The notes under the pieces are model-generated. The model did not search any database. It was not told where the DNA came from and worked only from the letters and a program-made list of their open reading frames with translations. From Planctomycetota bacterium (GTDB lineage: Bacteria; Planctomycetota; MHYJ01; WSZJ01), in assembly GCA_016190145.1 (NCBI GenBank), contig JACPRD010000130.1, positions 6,528 to 70,527 on the forward strand: DNA of 64,000 bases. The letters run 5' to 3'. The position numbers were made by a program, and so were the translations under genes. Of this stretch, positions 1-8,539 are shown one piece after another. Positions within the stretch are counted from its first letter, which is position 1. Every line of letters starts with the position of its first letter.

Positions 1-164
1 GTCAGTTCCCGCTGCACGGCGCCGTGCGCGGATCCTGTTCGGCGGACGATTTCGCGGAAGTGGAAGTCCCCGTCGGGATGACTAAGGAGCCATCCGAGGA
101 CACGTCGGCGCGTGAGGCCGAACAAGACTGCGGCGGGATCCGCGACACCCCGATGTGGAAAATG

Positions 165-207
165 AGTTGTACTCATTTCGAGTACGAATGTACTCAGTTT
201 AGTACAT
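165..207. promoter_or_regulatory. AT-rich GTAC-repeat region upstream of the DUF433 gene (possible operator/promoter)
   Basis: Local GC drop. TGTACTCA occurs twice (168-175, 189-196). Inverted GTACTC/GAGTAC at 169-174 and 180-185, and GTAC at 202-205. Lies about 75 nt upstream of ATG 281. Confidence 0.25.
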
Positions 208-280
208 GCTGTCAAGTTCGCCTCAGCCTAAGCGGACCTGGTCGGGACGATCCTGTAACCGATGTAGAATCGCCAATTCG

Positions 281-541
281 ATGGCGACCATCGGCGAAGA
301 CAAACTGATCGAGCGCATCACATGGGACCCGAGAATCTTCCGGGGAAAACCCACTATCCGCGGACACAGGCTCGCGGTCGAACACGTGCTCGGGATGCTC
401 GCCGCGGGAGACGACTTCGCAACGCTGCTCGAGGGCTACCCCTGGCTGGAGCGGGAGGACGTTCTCGCCTGTCTGGCATATGCGCGCCGGGTCGTCGGGC
501 ATGAGCGCGTCGAGTCGAGGTCTGCCACGGGCAGCCCCTGA
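281..541 (+). CDS. DUF433 domain protein (antitoxin-like small DNA-binding protein)
   Basis: ORF 206..541 trimmed to internal ATG 281 (MATIGEDKLIERITWDPRIFRGKPTIRGHRLAVEHVLGML...). Sequence pattern is typical of DUF433. No PIN/DUF5615-type partner gene is adjacent. Confidence 0.65.
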   Translation: MATIGEDKLIERITWDPRIFRGKPTIRGHRLAVEHVLGMLAAGDDFATLLEGYPWLEREDVLACLAYARRVVGHERVESRSATGSP

Positions 542-549
542 CCTTCCGC

Positions 550-1947
550 TCAGGCCTCGACCGCCGCGCCGATGACCCGCCCATGCAGGTCGTACCCCTC
601 CGCGCGCGTCACGCGGACCGTGACGATCTCGCCGATCGGGATGTCCTTCCCCGTGAGGTAGATGACGCCGTCGATGTCGGGCGCGTCGCCGGCCGTGCGG
701 CCGACGGTGCGGCGGCCCTGGTGCGACTCGACGAGGACCTCGATCTCCTTGCCCAGCCACTTCTTCTGATGCTCGAACGCCACGGCCTGCTGGGCGCGCA
801 TGAGACGGTCGTAGCGGTCTTCCTTGACCGCGTCGCTCAACTGACCCTCGAACCGACCCGCGGGGGTGCCGCGCTCGGGCGAGTACTTGAACGCGCCGGC
901 GCGGTCGAACTTCGCTTCCTTCACGAACGCCAGCATCTCCTCGAAGTCCTCCTCGGTTTCGCCGGGGAAGCCGACGATGAAGGTCGTGCGCAGGACGAGG
1001 CCCGGAACGCGCTCGCGCAGGCGCCGGAGGAGATCCAGCGTCTCGGCCTTCGTGATGTTGCGTTTCATCGCTTTCAGCATGGGGTCGCTGATGTGCTGAA
1101 GCGGCATGTCCACGTAGCGGAGGACGTTCGGGGTGGCGGCGAGGGCGTCGATCATCTCGTCGGTGAAGAACGACGGGTACGCGTACATGAGGCGGACCCA
1201 GCGCACGCCGGGGACCGCGGCGACTTCGCGCAGGAGCCGCGGCAGCTCGAACGACTCGTAGAGGTCTTTGCCGTAGCTCGTCGTGTCCTGCGCGATGAGA
1301 TTGATCTCCTTCGCGCCGTCCGTCGCGAGCTCTCGCACCTCCTGCACGACCATCTCCACGGGCTTCGATCGGTGGCGCCCGCGGATTTTCGGGATGATGC
1401 AGAACGTGCAGACGTTGTCGCAGCCCTCGCTGATCTTCACGTAGGCCGTATGCCGCGGCGTCAGGCGCAGGCGGCCGACGTCTGCCTGGCACTTGCGGTC
1501 GTTGCGCTCGACCTGGTACTTCGACGGCGACTTGCGCCGCTTCGACTTGACTTTCGCCGTGAGGTCCGCGCAGAGCGCCGCGATCTTCTCCTCGCCCATG
1601 ATGCCCAGGAACCCGTCGACCTCCGGCAGGAGCTGAATCAGCGATTCCTTGTCCCGCTGCGCGAGGCACCCCGCCACCACCACGCCCGAAGCCTCGCCCT
1701 TCCGCTTGTGCTCGCACGCCTCCCGGATCACCGCGATCGACTCCTGCCGCGACGCCTCCAGAAAGCCGCACGTGTTGACGACGATGATGTCGGCGTCTTC
1801 GGCCTTCTCGCAGACCGCGAAATCCTCGAGCACGAGCCGGCCGAGCAGCACCTCGCTGTCGACGAGGTTCTTGGGACAGCCGAGCGAAATGAAGTGGATG
1901 GTGCCTGCGGGCAAGGGGGGCTCTCTGAAAAGCGGGGGAAAGATCAT
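550..1947 (-). CDS. rimO: ribosomal protein S12 methylthiotransferase RimO (radical SAM, TRAM C-terminus)
   Basis: ORF 550..2013 trimmed to ATG 1947. N-terminus IHFISLGCPKNLVDSEVLLGRL, radical SAM motif CDNVCTFC, C-terminal TRAM-like segment IEVLVES...VTVRVTRAEGYDLHG. Confidence 0.85.
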   Translation of the reverse strand: MIFPPLFREPPLPAGTIHFISLGCPKNLVDSEVLLGRLVLEDFAVCEKAEDADIIVVNTCGFLEASRQESIAVIREACEHKRKGEASGVVVAGCLAQRDKESLIQLLPEVDGFLGIMGEEKIAALCADLTAKVKSKRRKSPSKYQVERNDRKCQADVGRLRLTPRHTAYVKISEGCDNVCTFCIIPKIRGRHRSKPVEMVVQEVRELATDGAKEINLIAQDTTSYGKDLYESFELPRLLREVAAVPGVRWVRLMYAYPSFFTDEMIDALAATPNVLRYVDMPLQHISDPMLKAMKRNITKAETLDLLRRLRERVPGLVLRTTFIVGFPGETEEDFEEMLAFVKEAKFDRAGAFKYSPERGTPAGRFEGQLSDAVKEDRYDRLMRAQQAVAFEHQKKWLGKEIEVLVESHQGRRTVGRTAGDAPDIDGVIYLTGKDIPIGEIVTVRVTRAEGYDLHGRVIGAAVEA

Positions 1948-1967
1948 ACCGGTTGCCGGGGCGGGAC

Positions 1968-4900
1968 TCAAGACAGGACCGGATTGTCCGATTCCCCGGC
2001 CTGACCGCCGCACCGGGCCAGGAAAGCGCGCAGACGCGTCTCGGATACCGGGAGACCCCGCGCCCGCGCGAATTCCAGCGCCTCCCCCGCCGCGAGGCGC
2101 GCCCGAACGCGATCGCCCAGCTCCAACCAGGCGACGGCCTCCTGCTCACGGAACTGCGCGAGCGCCAGGGGTCCGGCGCTCGAGGGATAGGCGCCCGCCA
2201 TCGCGGCGAGATCCGCGGCGGCAGCGGCCGAGGGCTCGGCGCGCGCCACGGCCACCGCGGCGACCGCTGTGAACAGCGCCGAACCGCACTCGCGGGCCGC
2301 GCACAGCGCCTCCCGCGCGCGCCGTGCCGACTCGGGAAGCCCCGCGTCCACGCAGACCCTCGCCCTCACCGTCATCGCTTCAAGCCGCTCCGACATCCAT
2401 CCCTCCTTCTCCGCCCGGTCGCAGATTCCCCCGAGCCGGACTACCGCCTCCTGCGCTCGCCCCCTGGCCGCAAGATTCGAGGCCACCAGGATGGCGGCAA
2501 AGGCGGCCGCGGGAGCGTCGCGCACGTCCGCCATCGCAACATCCGCTTCGTCGTAAAGCCCTGCCGCCGTTGCGTCGTCGTCCATGTCCCCGCAGATCGT
2601 GCCGAGCTCCTGCAGCCGGAACGCCAGCACCGTCCGGTCGTTCTGCTCCCGCGTCAGCGCGAGCGATTCCTCGGACGCCGCCCGGGCCTCCCGGAGACGC
2701 CCGACGGCCCGGAGACACCATGCGAGCGAGGAAAGGGCCGGCTGCAGGCCGGATCGGTTGCCGACTTCGCGCTGAATCGCCGTCGCCTCCGCGAAAGCCT
2801 CGAGCGCCTCGTCGAACCGCCCCATGCCGCGCAGGACGATTCCTCTTCCCTGAATCGGATCGGCGAGAAGCGCGCGGCTCCCGACACGCCGGGCGGTGTC
2901 CGCCGATTCCTGGTAGAGCTTGAGCGAGGCCTCGTGCTCCCCCCGCCTCGAGTGCACCAGCGCGAGATTAGACGCCGTGGAGATCGACCCCGCCAGGTCT
3001 CCGAGCTCCCCCCGGATGCGGTGCGACTCGCTCCACGACCGCCACGCCGCATCGAGATCGCGCAGGAAGAACTGCGAGTTTCCGATGTTGTTCAGGATCG
3101 CGCCCTCCTGCTGCCGGTCGCCGGCGTAGAGGGCGAGGGGAAGAGCTTCCCCGTAAGCACGAAGCGCTCCCTCGTAGTCTCCGAGGCGGTTCCGGATGAT
3201 GCCGATGTTCGAGAGGGTGACCATGACGCCGCGGCGCGAGCCGAGCTCGCGCTGGAGGCGAAGGGCGTTCTCGAGGTGCGCCTGGGCTTCCGGGTAGCGA
3301 CCGTCGTAGAGCCGGATGAGCCCGAGGGCGTTTTCCAGGCGCGCGGGGAAGTCGCGCTCCGGGGCCGGTTCGCCGGGGGCGCGGGGCAGAGCGGCCGCGG
3401 CGCCCGCCGCCTCGTACGCCTTGAGCGCGTCGGCGAGGCGGCCCAGCCGGAACAGCGCGCTGCCGCGGCACCACGCGGCCTCCGCGCGCAAGCCGCCTCC
3501 CGCACCCAGCGCGAGCGCGACGTCCGCTTCCGAGAGGGCTTCCTCGAACGCGCCCCTGCGTTCGTGGACGACGCTGAGGAGGATGCGTGCGCGGGCCGCG
3601 TCCACGGTGACAAGTCCGGGGATACCCGCGGCGGCGCGCCCCTCCTCCAGCGCTTCCGCGTGCCGGCACAGCCCGGTGAGCGCACGCGCGGCGATGAGGC
3701 GCGGCTCGACGCCCGGGGCGGAGCGGCTGGCCTCGCGTGCGTACTCGAGCGCCTCGAGGCCGGAGGCGTCCTGGAGGGCTTCGCGCGCCGAGGCGAGCCA
3801 GAGGGCCGCGGCGGCGGGGGCGTCCCCGGCCTGCGCGCGTTGCCCGGCGGCAAGCGCGCGGACGCGCCGGCCGCCGCGCGGGACCAGGTCCTCGAGACGC
3901 CCGGCGATGGCGCCGTGCAGGCGGAGGCGGTCCTTGCGGGGGAGAAGGGCGTAGGCGGCGTCGCGGAGGAGGGCGTGGCTCCAGGCGTATTCTTCGTCGC
4001 CTGGAACGAGCGAGGTTCCCCGGAGTACGAGCAGACTGCGCCGCCGGCACGACTCGAGGTCCGCGCGGACGTCGCGCCCGGTCGCCGCGGAGAGGAGCTC
4101 CGCCCAGACCGCGCCGCCGGCCGCGCTCGCGGATTTCAGCGTTTCCTTTTCGGCGGGGGGAAGGGCGTCGAGCCGGGCGACGAGCAGGCCGTGCAGCCCG
4201 TCAGGGAGGCGCGTGGGCGGCGCGGCAAGCGCGGCGGGATCGCCGGCGAGCAGACCCTGCTCGTCGAGCCAGCGCGCGAGTTCGAGGACGTAGAACGGAT
4301 GGCCGCCGGCCTGGCTGAAGAGAAACTCGCCGAGGGCGGGCGCGGCTGGCCGGCGGAGGGCGCGCTCGGCGAGCAGGGCGGCGTCTTCGCGGGCGAGCGG
4401 CGAAAGGAAGATCCGCTCGAATCCCGCGGGCGCCGGCCCGCCGGGCCGCGAGGTTGCCAGCAGCACGACCGGCGCTTCCGCGAGCGCCGGCGCCAGGTCC
4501 TCCATCAGGGCGGGCGTGCCGGCGTCGGCCCACTGCAGGTCCTCCAGGCAGAGCACCGCCGGGCCCTCCGCGGCCCGCCGGTGGAGCAGCCGCGCCCACG
4601 CCCGCGCCGTCTCGCGCTGCCGCGCGTCGGGTGGCAGGTCCCGGGCCCGGTCGTCGGGCGCCTCCTCCCCGATGGACGACAGCACGAGGTGCGGCGCGAG
4701 CGACCCCGCCTCCTCGCCCAAGCCGTCGGCGACCCAGGCGCGAAGCGCGGATCCTGCGGGGGCGGCGGAGCGAAGCGCCTCCCCGAACGCGCCGAGCGGC
4801 AGGTGGGCGCCCTCGAGGGCGCGGCCCGCGGTGACCCAGGCGCGGGCGTGCCGCTCGCGCGCGCGCCGCCTGAATTCGGCGAGCAGGCGCGTCTTGCCGG

Positions 4901-5567
4901 AGCCCGCCTCGCCCTCGACCACGAAGAATCCGCCGCGGCCGCCCTCGAGCGCGCCCAGGAGCCGGTCGAGCTCCGCGGCGCGGCCGACCATCGGGAGCCC
5001 TTTCGCCGCTTCGCGCACGACCGTGCCGCCCTCGCGCTCCCGCTCGACGCGGTGCACCTCGATCGGCCGCTCGCGCCCGCGGAGCCGGAGAGTCTCGGGC
5101 TCGCCGAAGACGATGTCGGCGCCCGCGGCGCGCGCGATCTCGCCTGACGCCAGGATCTCCCCCGGCGCGGCCTCTTCCTGCAGCCGCCGCGCGACGTTCA
5201 CCGGGTCGCCCATCACGGTCGGCCGGTCGCCGCCCACGCTTCCGTACAGAACCTCCCCCCGGTTCACCCCCGCGCGCATGTCCATCGCCGCCCCGCGCGC
5301 CGCCGCGAACGCGCGAGTTTCGGCGACGAGAGCGAGCGCCGCCCGGATCGCACGCGCCGGGTCGTCCGCGTGCGCGACGGGCGCGCCGAAGACGGCCATC
5401 ACGACGTCGCCGATGAACTTGTCGACCACCCCGCCGTGGCGCTCGACGACGGCGCGGAGGCGCGTGAAGAGCTCGTTGGCGGCCGCGGCGTCGTCGGCAA
5501 GTCCCGTGGCCTGCGCGAAGACGACGCAGACGACGCGGCGTTCTTCGGGAACCGAGGCGGCGTGCAT
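1968..5567 (-). CDS. class III adenylate/guanylate cyclase domain fused to AAA ATPase and TPR repeats
   Basis: 1199-aa ORF. N-terminus VVCVVFAQ...GGVVDKFIGDVVMAVFGAP...GDPVNVARRL (cyclase), Walker A GEAGSGKTRL, long C-terminal TPR-like repeats. Paralog of the CDS at 61338. Confidence 0.8.
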   Translation of the reverse strand: MHAASVPEERRVVCVVFAQATGLADDAAAANELFTRLRAVVERHGGVVDKFIGDVVMAVFGAPVAHADDPARAIRAALALVAETRAFAAARGAAMDMRAGVNRGEVLYGSVGGDRPTVMGDPVNVARRLQEEAAPGEILASGEIARAAGADIVFGEPETLRLRGRERPIEVHRVEREREGGTVVREAAKGLPMVGRAAELDRLLGALEGGRGGFFVVEGEAGSGKTRLLAEFRRRARERHARAWVTAGRALEGAHLPLGAFGEALRSAAPAGSALRAWVADGLGEEAGSLAPHLVLSSIGEEAPDDRARDLPPDARQRETARAWARLLHRRAAEGPAVLCLEDLQWADAGTPALMEDLAPALAEAPVVLLATSRPGGPAPAGFERIFLSPLAREDAALLAERALRRPAAPALGEFLFSQAGGHPFYVLELARWLDEQGLLAGDPAALAAPPTRLPDGLHGLLVARLDALPPAEKETLKSASAAGGAVWAELLSAATGRDVRADLESCRRRSLLVLRGTSLVPGDEEYAWSHALLRDAAYALLPRKDRLRLHGAIAGRLEDLVPRGGRRVRALAAGQRAQAGDAPAAAALWLASAREALQDASGLEALEYAREASRSAPGVEPRLIAARALTGLCRHAEALEEGRAAAGIPGLVTVDAARARILLSVVHERRGAFEEALSEADVALALGAGGGLRAEAAWCRGSALFRLGRLADALKAYEAAGAAAALPRAPGEPAPERDFPARLENALGLIRLYDGRYPEAQAHLENALRLQRELGSRRGVMVTLSNIGIIRNRLGDYEGALRAYGEALPLALYAGDRQQEGAILNNIGNSQFFLRDLDAAWRSWSESHRIRGELGDLAGSISTASNLALVHSRRGEHEASLKLYQESADTARRVGSRALLADPIQGRGIVLRGMGRFDEALEAFAEATAIQREVGNRSGLQPALSSLAWCLRAVGRLREARAASEESLALTREQNDRTVLAFRLQELGTICGDMDDDATAAGLYDEADVAMADVRDAPAAAFAAILVASNLAARGRAQEAVVRLGGICDRAEKEGWMSERLEAMTVRARVCVDAGLPESARRAREALCAARECGSALFTAVAAVAVARAEPSAAAAADLAAMAGAYPSSAGPLALAQFREQEAVAWLELGDRVRARLAAGEALEFARARGLPVSETRLRAFLARCGGQAGESDNPVLS

Positions 5568-5710
5568 CGCGCGATGGTAACGAGGAACGGCAGGACTTAG
5601 GAGTGAGTGATGAGGGGTGAGGATCGTCTGGGGGTGGGGAGAGCGGCAGGCGGAGGCTCTCGCCTTTCCTCACCCCTCACCGCTAACTCCCAATTCCTGC
5701 AGGTCCGGAC

Positions 5711-7018
5711 CTACGGATACCGGAATTTCAGCGTGGTCCGGTACGAACCGCCTTCGCTCGGCTCCCACGTCACGATCACCAGGCCCCACGCCGCGCCGCC
5801 GACGGTCGGAAACGTTTCGTTGTCGACGCGGATCTTCCGGCCGGACTTGACCTCGGTCCACTCGAGCAGGGTGACCTCGTTCACGGAGCGGTCCTTGTGG
5901 CGGTCCTCGGATGCCCCGGTCACGCGGATCCGGCCGTCCCACGGCGCGCGGTAGTGGACGAGCCCCACGAACCGGACGCCCTCGTAGCGGACGCCGGAAG
6001 CGGGATCCGTGAGCGGGATTCCCTTGTCCATGCGGCCGTTCGCGTCCGGGAGAATCGTGCCGTTGATCTCCCCGATGCTCAGGCCCTGTTTCTTCGGGTG
6101 CTCCGGATTCTCGAACAGGTTCTCGAGATGCTTGTCCCAGCCCGCCTGCATCTTGTCCGCGCCGCCCAGCACGCCGGTCACGAGCAGATCCCCGTACCGG
6201 TAGAGATCGTTGATGACGCCGGGCAGCTTGTCCACCGCGTCCCCCTCGAGCTGCGCCAGCGCCGCCACGATGTTGTTCAGCGTCAGGTTCGAGTGCGTGA
6301 TCATCATGTGCACCAGCACCCACGCGGCGTCCGCATGCGCGCGCTTGAACGATTCCTTCCGGACGCGCAGGAGATCGCGGGGCGCGGGCAGCGTCTTCGC
6401 GTCGCGCGCCGCCTTCAGCCGCTCGAGCCGCTCCCCGAACCCCTTCGTCTCCGCCACCTTCACCCGCTTGTTCCCGTACGCGAAATACTCCGCGAGCCCC
6501 TCGTTCAGCCACGCGGGCGCCCCCGTGAACAGCACGAGATGGAAGAACTGGTGCGTGAAATCGTGCCAGAGCCCCGACCAGCCCTCCGGCGAAATTTTCC
6601 CGGCGTCCAGCCAGACGCCGATCGTGTTCCGGAACTCCGCGGCGTAATGCTTCTCCCCGTCGATCCCCGCCTTCGCCGCCCACGCGTCGTGGTGCGCCTT
6701 GTCGTCGAACACCACGAGGTGCATCGCCCCCCGCTTCGTGTTCTTGAACAACCCCGTGCGCCCTACCCCCGCGACCAGCGCTTCCCCACCCAGCCCGAAC
6801 TGCTTCTGCAGAACCTCGTACAGTTCCTTGAGCCCGGCCTTGAGGTCGGTGCGGAGCGGCGGAACCCACGCCTTGCGGTCGCGCAGGTAGATCGTGACGG
6901 TCTCGACCCGGTCCACCGCGATCCAGCCCTCGGGAATGTCGGGCTTCGCTTCGGCGACGGGCGCCTGCGCGCGGGCGGCGAGCGCCAGGAGCGGAAGCAG
7001 TGCCAGCGAGCGGAGCAT
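5711..7018 (-). CDS. secreted DUF1570-like putative metallopeptidase
   Basis: ORF 5711..7420 trimmed to ATG 7018, which gives signal peptide MLRSLALLPLLALAARAQA. Contains WHDFTHQFFH and NEGLAEYF motifs resembling the DUF1570/MA-clan pattern. The upstream ORF extension is Arg/Gly-rich junk. Confidence 0.6.
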   Translation of the reverse strand: MLRSLALLPLLALAARAQAPVAEAKPDIPEGWIAVDRVETVTIYLRDRKAWVPPLRTDLKAGLKELYEVLQKQFGLGGEALVAGVGRTGLFKNTKRGAMHLVVFDDKAHHDAWAAKAGIDGEKHYAAEFRNTIGVWLDAGKISPEGWSGLWHDFTHQFFHLVLFTGAPAWLNEGLAEYFAYGNKRVKVAETKGFGERLERLKAARDAKTLPAPRDLLRVRKESFKRAHADAAWVLVHMMITHSNLTLNNIVAALAQLEGDAVDKLPGVINDLYRYGDLLVTGVLGGADKMQAGWDKHLENLFENPEHPKKQGLSIGEINGTILPDANGRMDKGIPLTDPASGVRYEGVRFVGLVHYRAPWDGRIRVTGASEDRHKDRSVNEVTLLEWTEVKSGRKIRVDNETFPTVGGAAWGLVIVTWEPSEGGSYRTTLKFRYP

Positions 7019-7068
7019 CGGACCTCCCTCGATCGAGCCCCCCCGGGCTTCGCGCCCCAGTATATCTC

Positions 7069-7515
7069 CTACCGGTTCAACTCCCCCGCGCGATGATCCA
7101 GCCCGTCGAACACCCGCTTCATCAGCCGCGACACCCTCGCCGAGAAGTCCTTCGCGCTCAGGAAATGCTCTCCGATCAGCACCGGGTGCACCGTCACGTC
7201 GAGCGCGAACTTCACCCGCACGTGGTCCTCCACCGGCTCGAGCGACCATTTCGCGCGCCCGCGCCACGCGCCTTCCCGGAGCGCCCAGTGATACCCCCGC
7301 AGCAATTCGACCCTCTCGAGCTCCGCAGAAAACGACAGCCCCCCCAGCAGCACCTCGAACTTCGACCCCACCCCCTGCGACGAAAGCTGCACGATCCGGA
7401 AACGGACTTCGCGCGGCCACCAGAGGTTCCAGCCCTCGAGATCCGCGAGCACCGCCGCGACCTGCGCGGCGCGGCGCTCGAGAACACGGCTGTCGTCGGT
7501 GGCGTAACGGTACAT
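7069..7515 (-). CDS. SRPBCC (START/polyketide cyclase-like) family protein
   Basis: 148-aa ORF with high GC3 and a SRPBCC-like pattern (family call from memory of the fold family; not searched). Confidence 0.55.
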   Translation of the reverse strand: MYRYATDDSRVLERRAAQVAAVLADLEGWNLWWPREVRFRIVQLSSQGVGSKFEVLLGGLSFSAELERVELLRGYHWALREGAWRGRAKWSLEPVEDHVRVKFALDVTVHPVLIGEHFLSAKDFSARVSRLMKRVFDGLDHRAGELNR

Positions 7516-7611
7516 GGTTCAGCCGAGGAAGCGGGTGGAATTCGAGGAGACCATGCGTCCCGCGATTGTACCGGCCTATAATCCCGGAAACATCATCGAG
7601 GGAGGCGGGCC

Positions 7612-8166
7612 ATGGCGCTGGAAGAACTGTTCTTCTCCGTCGACGTCGAAGCGAGCGGCCCGATCCCGGCGGAGTACAGCCTGCTCTCCATCGGCTGCGC
7701 CCTCGTGGGCCGCCCCGAGGCGACCTTCTACGCGGAACTCAAACCGGTCAACGGCAACGCCGTCCCCGAGGCGCTCAAGGTCGCCGGCCTCGACATGGAG
7801 AAACTCCGCGAGAAGGGCGAAGAGCCCGCGGCCGCCATGAAACGCTTCGCCGCCTGGATCAGGGAAACCTGCGGCGCCACCCACCGCCCCGTCTTCGCCG
7901 CGTTCAACGCGACGTTTGACTGGATGTTCGTGCACTGGTACTTCGTCAAGTTCACCGGCGCAAGCCCCTTCTCCATCAGCGGACTCGACATGAAGGCCTA
8001 CTACATGGGGATGATGGGCACCGGCTGGGGCGGCACGAAGAAGGAGCACGTGACGAAGAAGTTCCCGACGAAGGCGCAGCACACGCACAATGCGCTCGAC
8101 GACGCGAAGGAGCAGGCGGAGCTGTTCGGGCAGATGCTCGAGTATCAGAAGTTGCGCAAGGGGTGA
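7612..8166 (+). CDS. DEDDh-type 3'-5' exonuclease
   Basis: 184-aa ORF. Exo I FSVDVEASGP, Exo II FNATFDWMF, Exo III HNALDDAKEQA. Confidence 0.7.
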   Translation: MALEELFFSVDVEASGPIPAEYSLLSIGCALVGRPEATFYAELKPVNGNAVPEALKVAGLDMEKLREKGEEPAAAMKRFAAWIRETCGATHRPVFAAFNATFDWMFVHWYFVKFTGASPFSISGLDMKAYYMGMMGTGWGGTKKEHVTKKFPTKAQHTHNALDDAKEQAELFGQMLEYQKLRKG

Positions 8167-8217
8167 CGGTCGGGCGGTTCGGAGTTCGGAGTTCGGCGTT
8201 CGGCGTTGACGGTCGGG
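8164..8217. repeat. GTTCGGN heptamer tandem repeat flanked by direct repeat TGACGGTCGGG
   Basis: Four full GTTCGG(A/C) units at 8177-8204, plus a partial one. TGACGGTCGGG occurs at 8164-8174 and 8207-8217. Fills the gap between convergent genes. Confidence 0.7.
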
Positions 8218-8218
8218 C

Positions 8219-8539
8219 TCAGGATTTCCGCAATTGGCGGACGGCGTCGGCCAGGTTGCGGCGCGCGGGCGCTTCGAGCCTGGCGTGGAAGTGGTCGGTC
8301 AGATAGAGGCGCGGCCGGGCGAGGAAACCTTCGAGCAGCTCGGCGCGCTTGCGGCGGAAGAGCAGGCCTGGGACCAGTCGGTACTCTCGCCGGATCGCGG
8401 TTTCGTAGCGGCGGTACGCCTCCGGATCCGCCCCCAGGATCCCCAGGTCGATGTCCACCAACCACCGCGCGTCCGGGTCGGACGGCGCCTCCGCATGCCG
8501 CGTCGCCAGGATGAGCGCGACCACGCGCCCGACCGTCAC
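8219..8539 (-). CDS. C-terminal fragment of an HD-superfamily (COG4339-like) protein; possibly a truncated remnant
   Basis: Only the last 107 codons of ORF 8219..9244 look protein-like (VVALILATRHAE...WLVDIDLGILGADPEAYRRYETAIRREYRLVP...). The H..HD catalytic N-terminal half is absent. GTG 8539 overlaps the upstream TGA (GTGA). Confidence 0.4.
   Translation of the reverse strand: MTVGRVVALILATRHAEAPSDPDARWLVDIDLGILGADPEAYRRYETAIRREYRLVPGLLFRRKRAELLEGFLARPRLYLTDHFHARLEAPARRNLADAVRQLRKS

Noticed and set aside
1-81. Possible 3' end of a + strand gene running in from the left edge (frame 1, stop TGA at 79-81)
   Set aside because: Only 26 codons are visible and there is no motif. It cannot be supported.
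1953-5147. Very long antisense or alternative-frame ORFs (1953..5147 +, 212..2149 -, 53802..57581 -, 61116..63965 -, 22185..24854 +, 30338..33829 +, and others)
   Set aside because: These are shadow ORFs of real genes in a stop-poor, high-GC sequence. Their products are Arg/Pro/Gly-rich low-complexity strings. The opposite or alternative frame carries clear family motifs.
5611-5679. 12-bp-stem hairpin (GAGGGGTGAGGA...TCCTCACCCCTC) between the DUF1570 gene and the cyclase gene, as a terminator
   Set aside because: No U tract follows on the minus strand and the loop is 43 nt. It may still be structural, but I cannot support a terminator call.
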